Source of the DNA: Candidatus Omnitrophota bacterium | Lineage (GTDB): Bacteria; NPL-UPA2; BS750m-G34 | Length of the DNA stretch: 34,244 nucleotides | Direction of reading: 5' to 3' | Assembly: GCA_016783345.1 (NCBI GenBank) | Contig: JADHWT010000002.1 | Span: 1 to 34,244 of the forward strand | Shown: piece after piece, positions 17,645 through 26,490 of the stretch | How the letters are laid out: every line of letters begins with the position of its first letter | How positions within the stretch are numbered: position 1 is the stretch's first letter | Made by a program: the position numbers and the translations under genes | The notes under the pieces: generated by a model | Seen by the model: only the letters and a program-made list of their open reading frames with translations | Told to the model about the DNA's origin: nothing | Database searches by the model: none

Positions 17645-18466
17645 ATGTGTGATGAATTGTTTGAGCTGAAAGATAAGGTAGTGGTTATTACAGGCGGAGG
17701 AGGAGTGCTCTGCAGTACTATTGCTAAGGCCTTAGCCCAAAGGGGGGCAAAGGTCGCTATCTTGGATCTCAATGAAAAGGCTGCAAAGGATGTGGCTCAA
17801 GAGATTTCGAAGAACCAAGGAGAGGCCATCGGGATTAAGGCCGATGTATTAAAGAAAGACAGTCTTGAGAAAAGTCTTGAGTTTGTCCTTTCTAAATTCA
17901 AAAAAGTAGATATCCTCATCAATGGCGCCGGTGGGAATAAAAAAGAGGCTACCACTTCAGATGAACTTGATTTTTTTAATTTATCTGCTGACGCGGTAAG
18001 ATGGGTTTTTGATTTGAATTTCTTGGGGACATTTCTTCCGTCCCAGGTCTTCGGGAAGGAGCTGGTAAAACAGGGGAAAGGGATTATTTTAAATATCTCT
18101 TCCATGAATGCCTTAAGGCCCCTTACCCGCATCCCGGCCTATTCTGCAGCGAAAGCTGCCGTCAGTAATTTTACCCTGTGGCTGGCTGTGCATATATCAC
18201 AGAATTATTCAAAAAATATCAGGGTCAATGCAGTTGCCCCTGGTTTTTTCCTGACAGAGCAGAACAGGTTTCTTTTAATGGATGAAAAGACAAAGAAGTT
18301 TACCCCGAGAGGTCAAACAATTATTGGTCATACCCCTATGGAGAGGTTTGGTGAGCCTCTCGAACTGATCGGGACCGTTACCTGGCTTCTGTCCGATGCC
18401 TCAGCCTTTGTCCATGGGGTGGTTATACCTGTTGATGGCGGCTTTTCAGCATTTAGTGGGGTATAG
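17645..18466 (+). CDS. SDR family oxidoreductase
   Basis: ITGGGGVLC cofactor motif and catalytic YSAAK. The length and pattern resemble mannonate/gluconate-type SDRs, but the substrate cannot be assigned. Confidence 0.88.
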   Translation: MCDELFELKDKVVVITGGGGVLCSTIAKALAQRGAKVAILDLNEKAAKDVAQEISKNQGEAIGIKADVLKKDSLEKSLEFVLSKFKKVDILINGAGGNKKEATTSDELDFFNLSADAVRWVFDLNFLGTFLPSQVFGKELVKQGKGIILNISSMNALRPLTRIPAYSAAKAAVSNFTLWLAVHISQNYSKNIRVNAVAPGFFLTEQNRFLLMDEKTKKFTPRGQTIIGHTPMERFGEPLELIGTVTWLLSDASAFVHGVVIPVDGGFSAFSGV

Positions 18467-18478
18467 TGTAAGCGGTAA

Positions 18479-19648
18479 ATGTTAATTTTTGCTGACGAAA
18501 ATATCCCATTCGTAAGGGATGCCTTCAGGACATTTGGCGAAGTAGTCACATTTGCAGGCCGGGAAATAACGAGAGAAAAAATTAAAGACGGAGATATCTT
18601 ACTCGTCAGGACTGTGACCGGGGTCAATAGAGAACTCCTTGAAGGAACTAAAATAAAATTTGTAGCTACAGCAACAATCGGTATTGACCATATTGATACC
18701 GCCTATCTCAAAAAAAATGGAATTGGTTTTTCAAATGCCCAGGGCAGCAATGCCAATTCCGTATCAGAATACGTTATGACCGCCTTGCTCTGTCTCGCAA
18801 ATAGAATGGGTTTTCAACTTTCCCAAAAGAGTCTCGCAGTTATAGGCGTAGGTAATGTAGGAAGCAGGGTTGTAGAGATGGCTAAGGGACTCGGAATGGA
18901 TGTCCTGGAAAACGACCCGCCATTAGCCATGGAGACACGTGAGGTACGCTTTAAGAAAATAGAGGATGTAATAAAGTCAGATATCATAACCTTCCATGTC
19001 CCTCTCTCTTATAAAGGAAAGGACGCTACCTTTCATATGGTTGATGAAAAACTTTTATCCCAACTCAAAAAAGGCGCTATTCTTATCAATACATCCAGGG
19101 GAGGGGTTGTAGAAACAAAGGCCCTTTATGAGGCTATAAAGAAAAGGAATCTTTTAGCCTCTGTAATAGATGTCTGGGAAAATGAACCTGGGATAGATAT
19201 GGAGTTACTTAGAGAGGTAAGCATAGCAACACCCCATATTGCCGGCTATTCTTTTGACGGCAAGGTTAATGGAACGCGTATGATATATAATGCCTGCGCA
19301 GAGTTTTTTAAATTAAAACCAGGCTGGAGGATGGAATCGGTTATGCCAGAGGCCCCTGTTGGAGAGCTAAAAATAGAGACCAGGGGTACCCACAGGATGG
19401 CTTCGCCTAGAGATGAAGGAATGCTCTGGGATACTATCCGTAAGCTCTATGACATAGAGAGAGATGACAAGTCTATTAGAAAGATGTTAAACCTTAGAGG
19501 AGAAGAGCGCGGCCCTTATTTCGATCGCCTCCGTAAGGAATATCCCATCCGAAGGGAATTTTTCAATACTACGCTTACGCTGACGTTCACGTCATCAAAA
19601 AATTTTATAGACAAATTCCTATCCCTGGGCTTTAGACTTAAGATTTAA
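18479..19648 (+). CDS. pdxB: erythronate-4-phosphate dehydrogenase
   Basis: The N-terminus MLIFADENIPFVRDAFRTFGEV...LLVRTVTGVNRELLEG.KIKFVATATIGIDHID parallels E. coli PdxB (MKILVDENMPYARDLF...). A C-terminal dimerisation-domain-like extension is present. Confidence 0.83.
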   Translation: MLIFADENIPFVRDAFRTFGEVVTFAGREITREKIKDGDILLVRTVTGVNRELLEGTKIKFVATATIGIDHIDTAYLKKNGIGFSNAQGSNANSVSEYVMTALLCLANRMGFQLSQKSLAVIGVGNVGSRVVEMAKGLGMDVLENDPPLAMETREVRFKKIEDVIKSDIITFHVPLSYKGKDATFHMVDEKLLSQLKKGAILINTSRGGVVETKALYEAIKKRNLLASVIDVWENEPGIDMELLREVSIATPHIAGYSFDGKVNGTRMIYNACAEFFKLKPGWRMESVMPEAPVGELKIETRGTHRMASPRDEGMLWDTIRKLYDIERDDKSIRKMLNLRGEERGPYFDRLRKEYPIRREFFNTTLTLTFTSSKNFIDKFLSLGFRLKI

Positions 19649-19668
19649 AATTCTGAAGACCAATTTTG

Positions 19669-19709
19669 CTTGATTATATAGGAAAGTATATAAAGTGGAC
19701 TTAAGCTAT
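19669..19709 (+). repeat. 41-nt repeat, copy A (37/41 identical to 26001-26041)
   Basis: CTTGATTATATAGGAAAGTATATAAAGTGGACTTAAGCTAT versus CTTGATTGTATAGGAAAGGATAGAAAGTGGACTTGAGCTAT. Confidence 0.85.
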
Positions 19710-19727
19710 CAGCCAAAGGCTGATTTG
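19708..19727 (+). terminator. hairpin after pdxB (weak terminator candidate)
   Basis: ATCAGCC-AAA-GGCTGAT (19708-19724) followed by TTT. An overlapping alternative pairing AGCCAAA/TTTGGCT (19711-19730) also exists. Confidence 0.3.
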
Positions 19728-19729
19728 GC

Positions 19730-19758
19730 TTGACTTAGGGGGATATATTTTTTATAAT
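19730..19758 (+). promoter_or_regulatory. sigma70-type promoter of the aroA'-aroB' operon
   Basis: TTGACT (19730-19735), a 17-nt spacer, TATAAT (19753-19758). AAGGAGGG SD before ATG 19782. Confidence 0.65.
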
Positions 19759-19781
19759 CATTTTTAAAGGAGGGACAGGAG

Positions 19782-20573
19782 ATGATAGGGAAAGGTATTA
19801 GATTAGAGCGGATTATAGATAGAAATTCCGGACGTACTGTTATTGTCCCGATGGACCATGGGATTACAATGGGCCCTATTGCCGGCTTAATTGACATGAA
19901 GGTCACTATTGACAAGATGGTCAACGGTGGCGCCAATGCCATTGTTGTGCATAAAGGTATTGTGCGGGAAGGGCATCGCGGAACTGGTAAGGATGTAGGG
20001 CTCATCATACATCTCTCGGCAAGCACAATTATCGGGCCTGATCCCAATGCGAAGGTTGCTGTCTGTGAAGTAGAAGAGGCGATAAAATTAGGAGCAGATG
20101 CTGTTTCAGTCCACATAAATCTTGGCGCAGAGACAGAAGGAGAGATGTTAAGGCATCTGGGAAAAGTAAGCAGGGAATGTCAGCACTGGGGAATGCCGCT
20201 TGTAGCTATGATGTATACGCGCGGGAAAAAAGTCAAGAGTGAATATGACGTTAAACATATCAAACATGCAGCCAGGGTTGGCGCTGAACTCGGCGCAGAC
20301 CTGGTCAAGGTGAATTACACAGGGAGTGTTGACTCATTTAAAGAGGTAACCGAAGGCTGTCCTGTCCCTGTAGTTATTGCAGGAGGTGAAAAGGTAGAGA
20401 CAGATGATGCCCTTTTTAAGATGGTTGAGGGAGCGCTTAAGGCCGGAGCTAAGGGGGTCTCGATCGGCCGAAATACCTTCCAACATAAATCACCTGCGAA
20501 GGTAGTCGCTGCCATTGGTAAGATAGTCCATAAAAATTGCTCAGTGAGAGAAGCCTTAGGATTACTTAAATGA
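19782..20573 (+). CDS. aroA': DhnA-type class I aldolase, probable 2-amino-3,7-dideoxy-D-threo-hept-6-ulosonate (ADH) synthase
   Basis: [17 protein letters not shown]...GPI.GLID, GANA...[25 protein letters not shown] and WGMPL.AMMY.RG strongly resemble the MJ0400 family as I recall it. Adjacent to a DHQ synthase II gene. Confidence 0.8.
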   Translation: MIGKGIRLERIIDRNSGRTVIVPMDHGITMGPIAGLIDMKVTIDKMVNGGANAIVVHKGIVREGHRGTGKDVGLIIHLSASTIIGPDPNAKVAVCEVEEAIKLGADAVSVHINLGAETEGEMLRHLGKVSRECQHWGMPLVAMMYTRGKKVKSEYDVKHIKHAARVGAELGADLVKVNYTGSVDSFKEVTEGCPVPVVIAGGEKVETDDALFKMVEGALKAGAKGVSIGRNTFQHKSPAKVVAAIGKIVHKNCSVREALGLLK

Positions 20574-20580
20574 GATTGCA

Positions 20581-21579
20581 ATGACAATGAAGAAGATCTG
20601 GGTAAATCTTATTCCATGGGATGAAGCGCTGGCCAGGGCAGCTATTGACAGCGGCGCTGAGGCTTTGCTTGTTGCAAAAGGTGACAGCCACAAGGCAAAA
20701 AAGATTGCAGGGGTAAAGACTGTCAGTGAAGACGGAGACATTGTCCTCGGGAAAGATGCGGAAGTCGTAGAGATAAAATCTAAAGCTGATGAGGTCAAGG
20801 CATCCGGGATTCCTAAAGACAGGATAGTTATCCTCCGCATGAAGGACTGGACTATCATCCCGTTAGAAAATTTGATTGCCCAGCGCGGTAATTTAGTAGT
20901 AGAGGTTACATCAGGGGAAGAGGCAAAGGTCATGACCGAGGTCCTGGAAAAGGGCGTAGACGGAGTGCTTTTTAATATAAGAGATAAAGAACAGCTTTGT
21001 AAAGGGATTAAACTTGTGCAGGGTTTTTCTCACCAGCTTTCACTTGTTAAGGCAAAGATTAAAGGGACCAAGGTCCTTGGACTCGGAGACAGGGCATGCA
21101 TTGATACCTGCACTATGATGAGACCGGGGCAAGGGATGCTTATCGGTAACACAGGCGGAGGTTTTTTTCTGGTGCACGCTGAGGTAGTTGAAAATCCATA
21201 CGTAGAATCAAGGCCATTTCGGGTCAATGCAGGAAGTCTCCACGCATATGTCCTTGTGCCCGGCGGCGGGACCAGGTATCTCTCAGAACTAAGGGCCGGG
21301 GATGAGGTCCTGGTTGTCGGCCATGACGGGCATACTGAAACTGCATTTATCGGACGGGTCAAGGTAGAGAAAAGGCCGATGTTTCTGGTTACGGCAGAGG
21401 CTTGTGGAAAAGACCTGTCCCTTGTTCTCCAGAATGCCGAGACCATTACCCTTACCACTCCTGACGGGAAGGCAGTACCTGTAACAAGCCTCAAGAAGGG
21501 TGATGAGGTAATGGCATATCTTGAAGAAGGCGGCCGCCATTTCGGGGTTAAGGTAGAAGAGACAATTATCGAAAGGTGA
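20581..21579 (+). CDS. aroB': 3-dehydroquinate synthase II (archaeal type)
   Basis: 332 aa. The N-terminal KKIWV...W....A..AI.SGA.ALLV layout and size fit the MJ1249/DHQS-II family. Operonic with the aldolase. Confidence 0.8.
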   Translation: MTMKKIWVNLIPWDEALARAAIDSGAEALLVAKGDSHKAKKIAGVKTVSEDGDIVLGKDAEVVEIKSKADEVKASGIPKDRIVILRMKDWTIIPLENLIAQRGNLVVEVTSGEEAKVMTEVLEKGVDGVLFNIRDKEQLCKGIKLVQGFSHQLSLVKAKIKGTKVLGLGDRACIDTCTMMRPGQGMLIGNTGGGFFLVHAEVVENPYVESRPFRVNAGSLHAYVLVPGGGTRYLSELRAGDEVLVVGHDGHTETAFIGRVKVEKRPMFLVTAEACGKDLSLVLQNAETITLTTPDGKAVPVTSLKKGDEVMAYLEEGGRHFGVKVEETIIER

Positions 21580-21588
21580 AGGCGGTAT

Positions 21589-21936
21589 TTGAAAAAGAGA
21601 TTACGTTTAACAGTTATTGAGCTCTGGCTTCTTCTCATTATGCTCGGGTCAATAATACTCACTATATGGCCGCAGCTTGAAGTGGTAAAAGAGGCGCGGG
21701 ACAAACAGGAATGCGTGGCTAATTTGCTTAGTATAATAATGGCCATCCGTCTATATGAAGCGAAAGAAGGGGTAGAGTATAACGACCGCGCTATAAAGGG
21801 ATTAGTAAGTAAGGGGTATCTCTCTGAAGAGCTTATCTGTCCTGCAACAGGTGACTATTATCGAATTGATCCTGAAGATGATCTGGCATTTTGTCCGAGC
21901 GGCAGACCAGGCCATAGATGGCCATTGCAGGAATAG
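21589..21936 (+). CDS. pilin/pseudopilin-like small protein with an atypical N-terminal motif
   Basis: TTG start. KKRLR-LTVIELWLLLIMLGSIILTI resembles the prepilin N-methylation/TM segment (xTLIEL, Glu at +5) but has Arg instead of Gly at -1. C-terminal Cys pair (CPATG...FCPSG). Confidence 0.5.
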   Translation: MKKRLRLTVIELWLLLIMLGSIILTIWPQLEVVKEARDKQECVANLLSIIMAIRLYEAKEGVEYNDRAIKGLVSKGYLSEELICPATGDYYRIDPEDDLAFCPSGRPGHRWPLQE

Positions 21937-22632
21937 GTGAAAGTTACAGCTATAGTGCCGGCAGCCGGGGCAGGTAAAAGGATGAGGCAGACAGTTTCTA
22001 AACCTTATCTATTGATCGGAGGAAAGCCGATCCTTAGTTATACCCTTGATGCCTTGAATCGTTCGGATGAGATACAGGAGATAATAGTGGTGACCATGGC
22101 CGGGGAGATTGATTTGTGTAAGAAGGATGTAGTAAAGCGGTTTAATTTTAATAAGGTTTCTGCTGTTATCCCCGGCGGGGAGAAAAGACAGGACTCAGTC
22201 TATAAAGGTTTAAAGAGTATAAAAAATGAAGTGGATATTGTCCTTATCCACGATGGGGTCCGTCCTTTTTTGAGTCAGAGGCTCTTGAAGGACGTTATAA
22301 AATGCGCTGCGCAATTTAAAAATGCAATTACAGCTATCCCTGTAAAGGATACCTTAAAAAAGATTGATAAAAAAGGCTGTGTGGAAGAGACTATTTCCCG
22401 TGATGCTGTCTGGCATGTCCAGACTCCGCAGGCCTTTGACTACCACCAGATTATGGAGGCGCATGAGAAGGCGTCCAAAGATAATTTTTATGGGACAGAT
22501 GATGCAGGACTGGTGGAGAGGTGCGGGTATCCGGTTAAGATTGTAGCGGGGACACCGCAGAATATAAAAATAACTATGCCGGAGGACCTCACTATGGCTG
22601 AAGCGATATTAGAGTTAAGTAGTAAAGATTAA
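21937..22632 (+). CDS. ispD: 2-C-methyl-D-erythritol 4-phosphate cytidylyltransferase
   Basis: GTG start. AIVPAAGAGKRM motif, IHDGVRPF, and VQTPQAF. Confidence 0.92.
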   Translation: MKVTAIVPAAGAGKRMRQTVSKPYLLIGGKPILSYTLDALNRSDEIQEIIVVTMAGEIDLCKKDVVKRFNFNKVSAVIPGGEKRQDSVYKGLKSIKNEVDIVLIHDGVRPFLSQRLLKDVIKCAAQFKNAITAIPVKDTLKKIDKKGCVEETISRDAVWHVQTPQAFDYHQIMEAHEKASKDNFYGTDDAGLVERCGYPVKIVAGTPQNIKITMPEDLTMAEAILELSSKD

Positions 22633-22640
22633 GTATTCGT

Positions 22641-23117
22641 ATGATAAAGGTAGGATATGGAGTAGATTTTCATCGCCTTGTGAAAGGAAGGAAACTTATT
22701 TTAGGGGGGATAGATATAGATTATCCTTTAGGTCTTGAAGGGCACTCAGACGCTGATGTGATTATACATGCAATAAGTGACGCAATCCTTGGAGGCGCGG
22801 GCCTCGGGGACATTGGAAAATATTTTCCTGAAACCCCGGAGTATAAAGACATATCAAGTATAGAGATTTTGAAGAGAGTAAACAGGATGCTTCCCGGAGA
22901 TGCATCTATTAACCACATTGACCTTACGTTTATCGGGGAGGAGCCGAAGATAGCGCCCTGCGCAGAAGAGATGAAGGGTAAGATTGCCAATGCCCTGGGC
23001 ATCAGGGGAGAGATGGTAAATATCAAGGCTACTACTACCGAGGGATTAGGCGCGGTTGGGGAGAAGAAAGGCCTGGGGTGCCAGGCTGTTGTTACACTGG
23101 AGGTGGGGAAAAAATGA
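22641..23117 (+). CDS. ispF: 2-C-methyl-D-erythritol 2,4-cyclodiphosphate synthase
   Basis: [30 protein letters not shown]. Confidence 0.95.
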   Translation: MIKVGYGVDFHRLVKGRKLILGGIDIDYPLGLEGHSDADVIIHAISDAILGGAGLGDIGKYFPETPEYKDISSIEILKRVNRMLPGDASINHIDLTFIGEEPKIAPCAEEMKGKIANALGIRGEMVNIKATTTEGLGAVGEKKGLGCQAVVTLEVGKK

Positions 23118-23791
23118 AAAAAGAAATACAAGCTGTTTTTGAAAGAGATCCGGCAGCGCGTAATACCTTTGAGGTGATTTTGACCTATTCGGGACTCCAT
23201 GCTATATTCTTCTACCGTCTTTCCAATTTTCTCTTGCGCTTGAATGTCCCTGCTTTGCCAAGGTTTGTCTCACAGGTGGCGCGGTTTTTAACCGGTATTG
23301 AGATTCACCCGGGCGCCAGGATTGGAGAGGGATTGTTTATTGACCATGGAATGGGAGTGGTGATTGGCGAGACTTCTGTGATAGGAGATAACGTAACTCT
23401 TTTTCAGGGTGCTACTCTCGGCGGGACAGGCAAGGAAAAGGGCAAACGCCATCCCACCTTAGGGAATAATGTAGTCGTCGGAGCGGGGGCAAAGATACTG
23501 GGAGATATCACTGTCGGAGACAATGTCAATATCGGGGCTAATGCAGTGGTAATTAGAGATGTCCCTTCTAATTCTACTGTAGTAGGTGTTCCCGGCCGCA
23601 TAGCGCGCCATAAAGGGAAAAGGCGACCAGGTATTTCGCTTGACCATACGAATCTTCCCGACCCGATTGCAGAGAAGATCACGCAATTACAGGAAACGAT
23701 TGATGAGCTTGAAGAACATATGGAGTGCTGGAAGAAGGGCGTGCCATGTGCAGCTATTAAGGAAAAACAAAAAGAAAAAGGGGATAAATAG
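23114..23791 (+). CDS. cysE: serine O-acetyltransferase
   Basis: Start set at ATG 23114 ([15 protein letters not shown]), which makes an ATGA overlap with the ispF stop. Hexapeptide repeats [38 protein letters not shown]. Confidence 0.9.
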   Translation: MKKEIQAVFERDPAARNTFEVILTYSGLHAIFFYRLSNFLLRLNVPALPRFVSQVARFLTGIEIHPGARIGEGLFIDHGMGVVIGETSVIGDNVTLFQGATLGGTGKEKGKRHPTLGNNVVVGAGAKILGDITVGDNVNIGANAVVIRDVPSNSTVVGVPGRIARHKGKRRPGISLDHTNLPDPIAEKITQLQETIDELEEHMECWKKGVPCAAIKEKQKEKGDK

Positions 23792-23794
23792 TCT

Positions 23795-25024
23795 ATGAAA
23801 AAAGGAATTGGTCTGGTATTAATCCTAATAATTATTACAGGCATAATAGGAGGTATTTTCTGGTATCAGAAAATAAAGACAAAGGGAGAGAGGGAGTTCT
23901 ATGCGGCAAAGAAACTTTATGAAGAAAAAAGATATGATGCTTCCTATCTTGCTTTTGACTCACTCCTGAAAGATTATCGTCAGGCAATATGGAGTGGCGA
24001 GGCGATATATTACGCGGGTAAAAATCTAAGTCTCCTTGGACGCGACAGCGAAGCAAAGGAGTACTGGCAGAGGCTTAAGGATCAATATGGCGATAGCATT
24101 CACGGGGAGGAGACAAATTTTTATATAGGACGCAGCTTCGAACGGGAAGGGGACGTAAAAAAGGCGAGGCCCTATTATGAAAAGGTCGTAAAAAAATTTC
24201 CTGCAAGTTCCCTGGTAGATGATGCGCTCCTGGGGCTCGGCCGTATATATGAAAAAGAAGGTGAAGTAGAGGATGCATTAGCAAGTATTGAGAAAGTAGC
24301 TGCAAATTTTCGAGAGACCCGGGAGGTTGCCCGGGTGATCCTCGATATAGCCGCCCTTTACGAAAAAAAGGAGGAATGGGTAAAATCACTGGACCTTTAC
24401 TATAAGGTGTGCAAAGATTTTCCCGAAGGAGACCTGGTTCAAAATGCAGAAGATGGTATAAGCCGTATCAATACCCACCTTATTTTTTCGCGTTATCCCA
24501 CAGAGGATAGTTTTATCTATAGAGTGGAAAAAGGCGATAGCCTTAGTTCTATCGCTAAAAAATTTAATACAACCATAGAGCTTATAACAGAATCAAACGG
24601 GTTAAAAACAACTATGCTTAAACCCGGACAGCGGCTTAAGATATTGGAAAGCAAGTTTAGTATAAAGGTAAGTAAAGGGAAGAATAAAGTATATCTTAAA
24701 AATAATGACAAACTCATCAAGGTCTACAGGGTCGCAACCGGTAAAGATAATTTAACCCCTGAAGGCAATTTTACTATTGTTAATAAACTCAAGGATCCTC
24801 CGTGGTATACCCCGGGAGCTATTATCCCCCCTGGAAGTCCTGAGAATATTCTGGGAAGCCGCTGGATTGGTATTTCAGAAGAAGGCTATGGTTTCCACGG
24901 GAGTAATAATCCGGCAGACATTGGTAAATATGTTACAAACGGTTGTGTGCGCCTTCGGGAAGAGGATGTCAAGGAGTTATATAAACTGGTGCCGGTTGGA
25001 ACGCCGGTAGAAATCATAAAGTAG
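23795..25024 (+). CDS. TPR-like / LysM / YkuD L,D-transpeptidase domain protein
   Basis: N-terminal TM segment and YbgF/TPR-like repeats. LysM (YRVEKGDSLSSIAKKFNTTIELITESNGL). YkuD catalytic motif FHGSNNP...GCVRL. Confidence 0.85.
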   Translation: MKKGIGLVLILIIITGIIGGIFWYQKIKTKGEREFYAAKKLYEEKRYDASYLAFDSLLKDYRQAIWSGEAIYYAGKNLSLLGRDSEAKEYWQRLKDQYGDSIHGEETNFYIGRSFEREGDVKKARPYYEKVVKKFPASSLVDDALLGLGRIYEKEGEVEDALASIEKVAANFRETREVARVILDIAALYEKKEEWVKSLDLYYKVCKDFPEGDLVQNAEDGISRINTHLIFSRYPTEDSFIYRVEKGDSLSSIAKKFNTTIELITESNGLKTTMLKPGQRLKILESKFSIKVSKGKNKVYLKNNDKLIKVYRVATGKDNLTPEGNFTIVNKLKDPPWYTPGAIIPPGSPENILGSRWIGISEEGYGFHGSNNPADIGKYVTNGCVRLREEDVKELYKLVPVGTPVEIIK

Positions 25025-25030
25025 AAAAAA

Positions 25031-25987
25031 ATGGCAAATAGTCTTGACTTTGAAAAACCTATTATAGAATTAGAAGAAAAGATAAAAGATCTCAGGGAAA
25101 TGGGCAGGTCCGGAAATATGGACCTATCCTCGGAGATTAATAATTTAGAAAAAAAATTAGGTGATGTCAAAACAAAGATATTTGCCGGTCTCACTGCCTG
25201 GCAGAGGGTGAAGTTAGCGCGGCATCCATTACGGCCTTATACCCTTGATTATATCAATTTAATTATGACAGATTTCATCGAGCTCTGCGGAGACAGGACA
25301 TTTGCCGATGATCCGGCCATTGTAGGAGGACTTGCCAAATTTAATGGCGAGGGAGTAGTAGTCCTGGGACACCAGAAAGGCAGAGACACCAGGGAGAATA
25401 TCCAACGGAATTTTGGCATGGCCCATCCCGAAGGTTATCGGAAGGCCTTACGCCTGATGAAGCTCGCAGAGAAGTTCAATAAACCCGTTATCTCTTTTCT
25501 GGACACCCCGGCAGCCTATCCGGGCGTAGGAGCAGAAGAACGGGGACAGGCTGCGGCTATTGCCCATAATCTTAAGGAGATGAGCGAGTTAAAGGTGCCT
25601 ATAATAGTTGTTGTCATCGGGGAAGGCGGAAGCGGAGGCGCATTAGGCATCGGGGTCGGCGACAGGATTTATATGCTGGAATATTCTATCTATTCTGTCT
25701 GTCCGCCGGAGGCATGCGCGGCTATCCTGTGGAGAGACAGGGCTAAGGCAGGAGATGCAGCCAAGGCCCTCGCTTTAACCAGCAAAGATTTGTTGAAGAC
25801 AGGGATTATTGATGAGATTATCCCCGAACCATTAGGCGGCGCCCACCGTCAGGCAAATGAGACAGCTCTAAAGATAAAAGAATATTTGATTAAGGGGCTT
25901 CAGGGATTAAGGGGATTAGATCACGAAACACTTTTAAAATTACGTTATGAAAAATATCGCTGTATAGGGAGTTTGACTGAAACATGA
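25031..25987 (+). CDS. accA: acetyl-CoA carboxylase carboxyltransferase alpha subunit
   Basis: FLDTPAAYPGVGAEERGQAAAIA and GEGGSGGALGIG motifs. Confidence 0.95.
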   Translation: MANSLDFEKPIIELEEKIKDLREMGRSGNMDLSSEINNLEKKLGDVKTKIFAGLTAWQRVKLARHPLRPYTLDYINLIMTDFIELCGDRTFADDPAIVGGLAKFNGEGVVVLGHQKGRDTRENIQRNFGMAHPEGYRKALRLMKLAEKFNKPVISFLDTPAAYPGVGAEERGQAAAIAHNLKEMSELKVPIIVVVIGEGGSGGALGIGVGDRIYMLEYSIYSVCPPEACAAILWRDRAKAGDAAKALALTSKDLLKTGIIDEIIPEPLGGAHRQANETALKIKEYLIKGLQGLRGLDHETLLKLRYEKYRCIGSLTET

Positions 25988-26000
25988 AAAACGGGCATAA

Positions 26001-26041
26001 CTTGATTGTATAGGAAAGGATAGAAAGTGGACTTGAGCTAT
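26001..26041 (+). repeat. 41-nt repeat, copy B (covers the RBS, GTG start and first 5 codons of the RsbW-like gene)
   Basis: 37/41 identical to 19669-19709. Confidence 0.85.
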
Positions 26042-26449
26042 AGCTTAATTAAATTAGAGGTCAGGAGTCATCCCCGGTATCTCCGGCTTATCCGGAATGC
26101 TACATATGATATAGCGCTGATATGCGGATTTACAGAGGATGAGGCCAAAGACCTCAGGCTCGTTATAGATGAGGCCTGCACAAATGTTATCAAACACAGT
26201 TACCGGCATGATTACAGCAAGCCGATTATTTTAAATTTTTTTCTATATGACGATAGATTTGAGATGCTCATAGAGGATTGCGGCAGGAAGGTCCGCCCAT
26301 CACAGATTCGATCAAGGGACATAGATAAGGTTAGGCCGGGAGGCCTGGGTGTTTATATTATAAAGAAACTTATGGATGTGATGGAATATGATCCTACCGG
26401 AAAAGATGGTCCGAGATTAAGATTGGTTAAGTACAGGAAGAAGTCGTAA
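26027..26449 (+). CDS. anti-sigma regulatory factor, RsbW/SpoIIAB-like serine kinase (HATPase_c)
   Basis: GTG start. N-box DEACTNVIKHSY and G-box RPGGLGVYIIKKLMD. 140 aa, the typical size. Confidence 0.8.
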   Translation: MDLSYSLIKLEVRSHPRYLRLIRNATYDIALICGFTEDEAKDLRLVIDEACTNVIKHSYRHDYSKPIILNFFLYDDRFEMLIEDCGRKVRPSQIRSRDIDKVRPGGLGVYIIKKLMDVMEYDPTGKDGPRLRLVKYRKKS

Positions 26450-26490
26450 GTAGTAAGTAATAAGTTATAAAAGCTTACTATAATGGAGTA

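Noticed and set aside
21030-21746. A 238-aa minus-strand ORF, the longest antisense ORF in the track. Similar ones lie at 2936-3421, 10764-11261, 22721-23200, 23404-23844 and 5990-6364.
   Set aside because: Each lies entirely antisense to a + strand gene with clear family motifs (aroB', lipA, ribBA, ispF/cysE, purM). The translations are low-complexity S/P/T/R-rich with no recognisable motifs. They are typical shadow ORFs.
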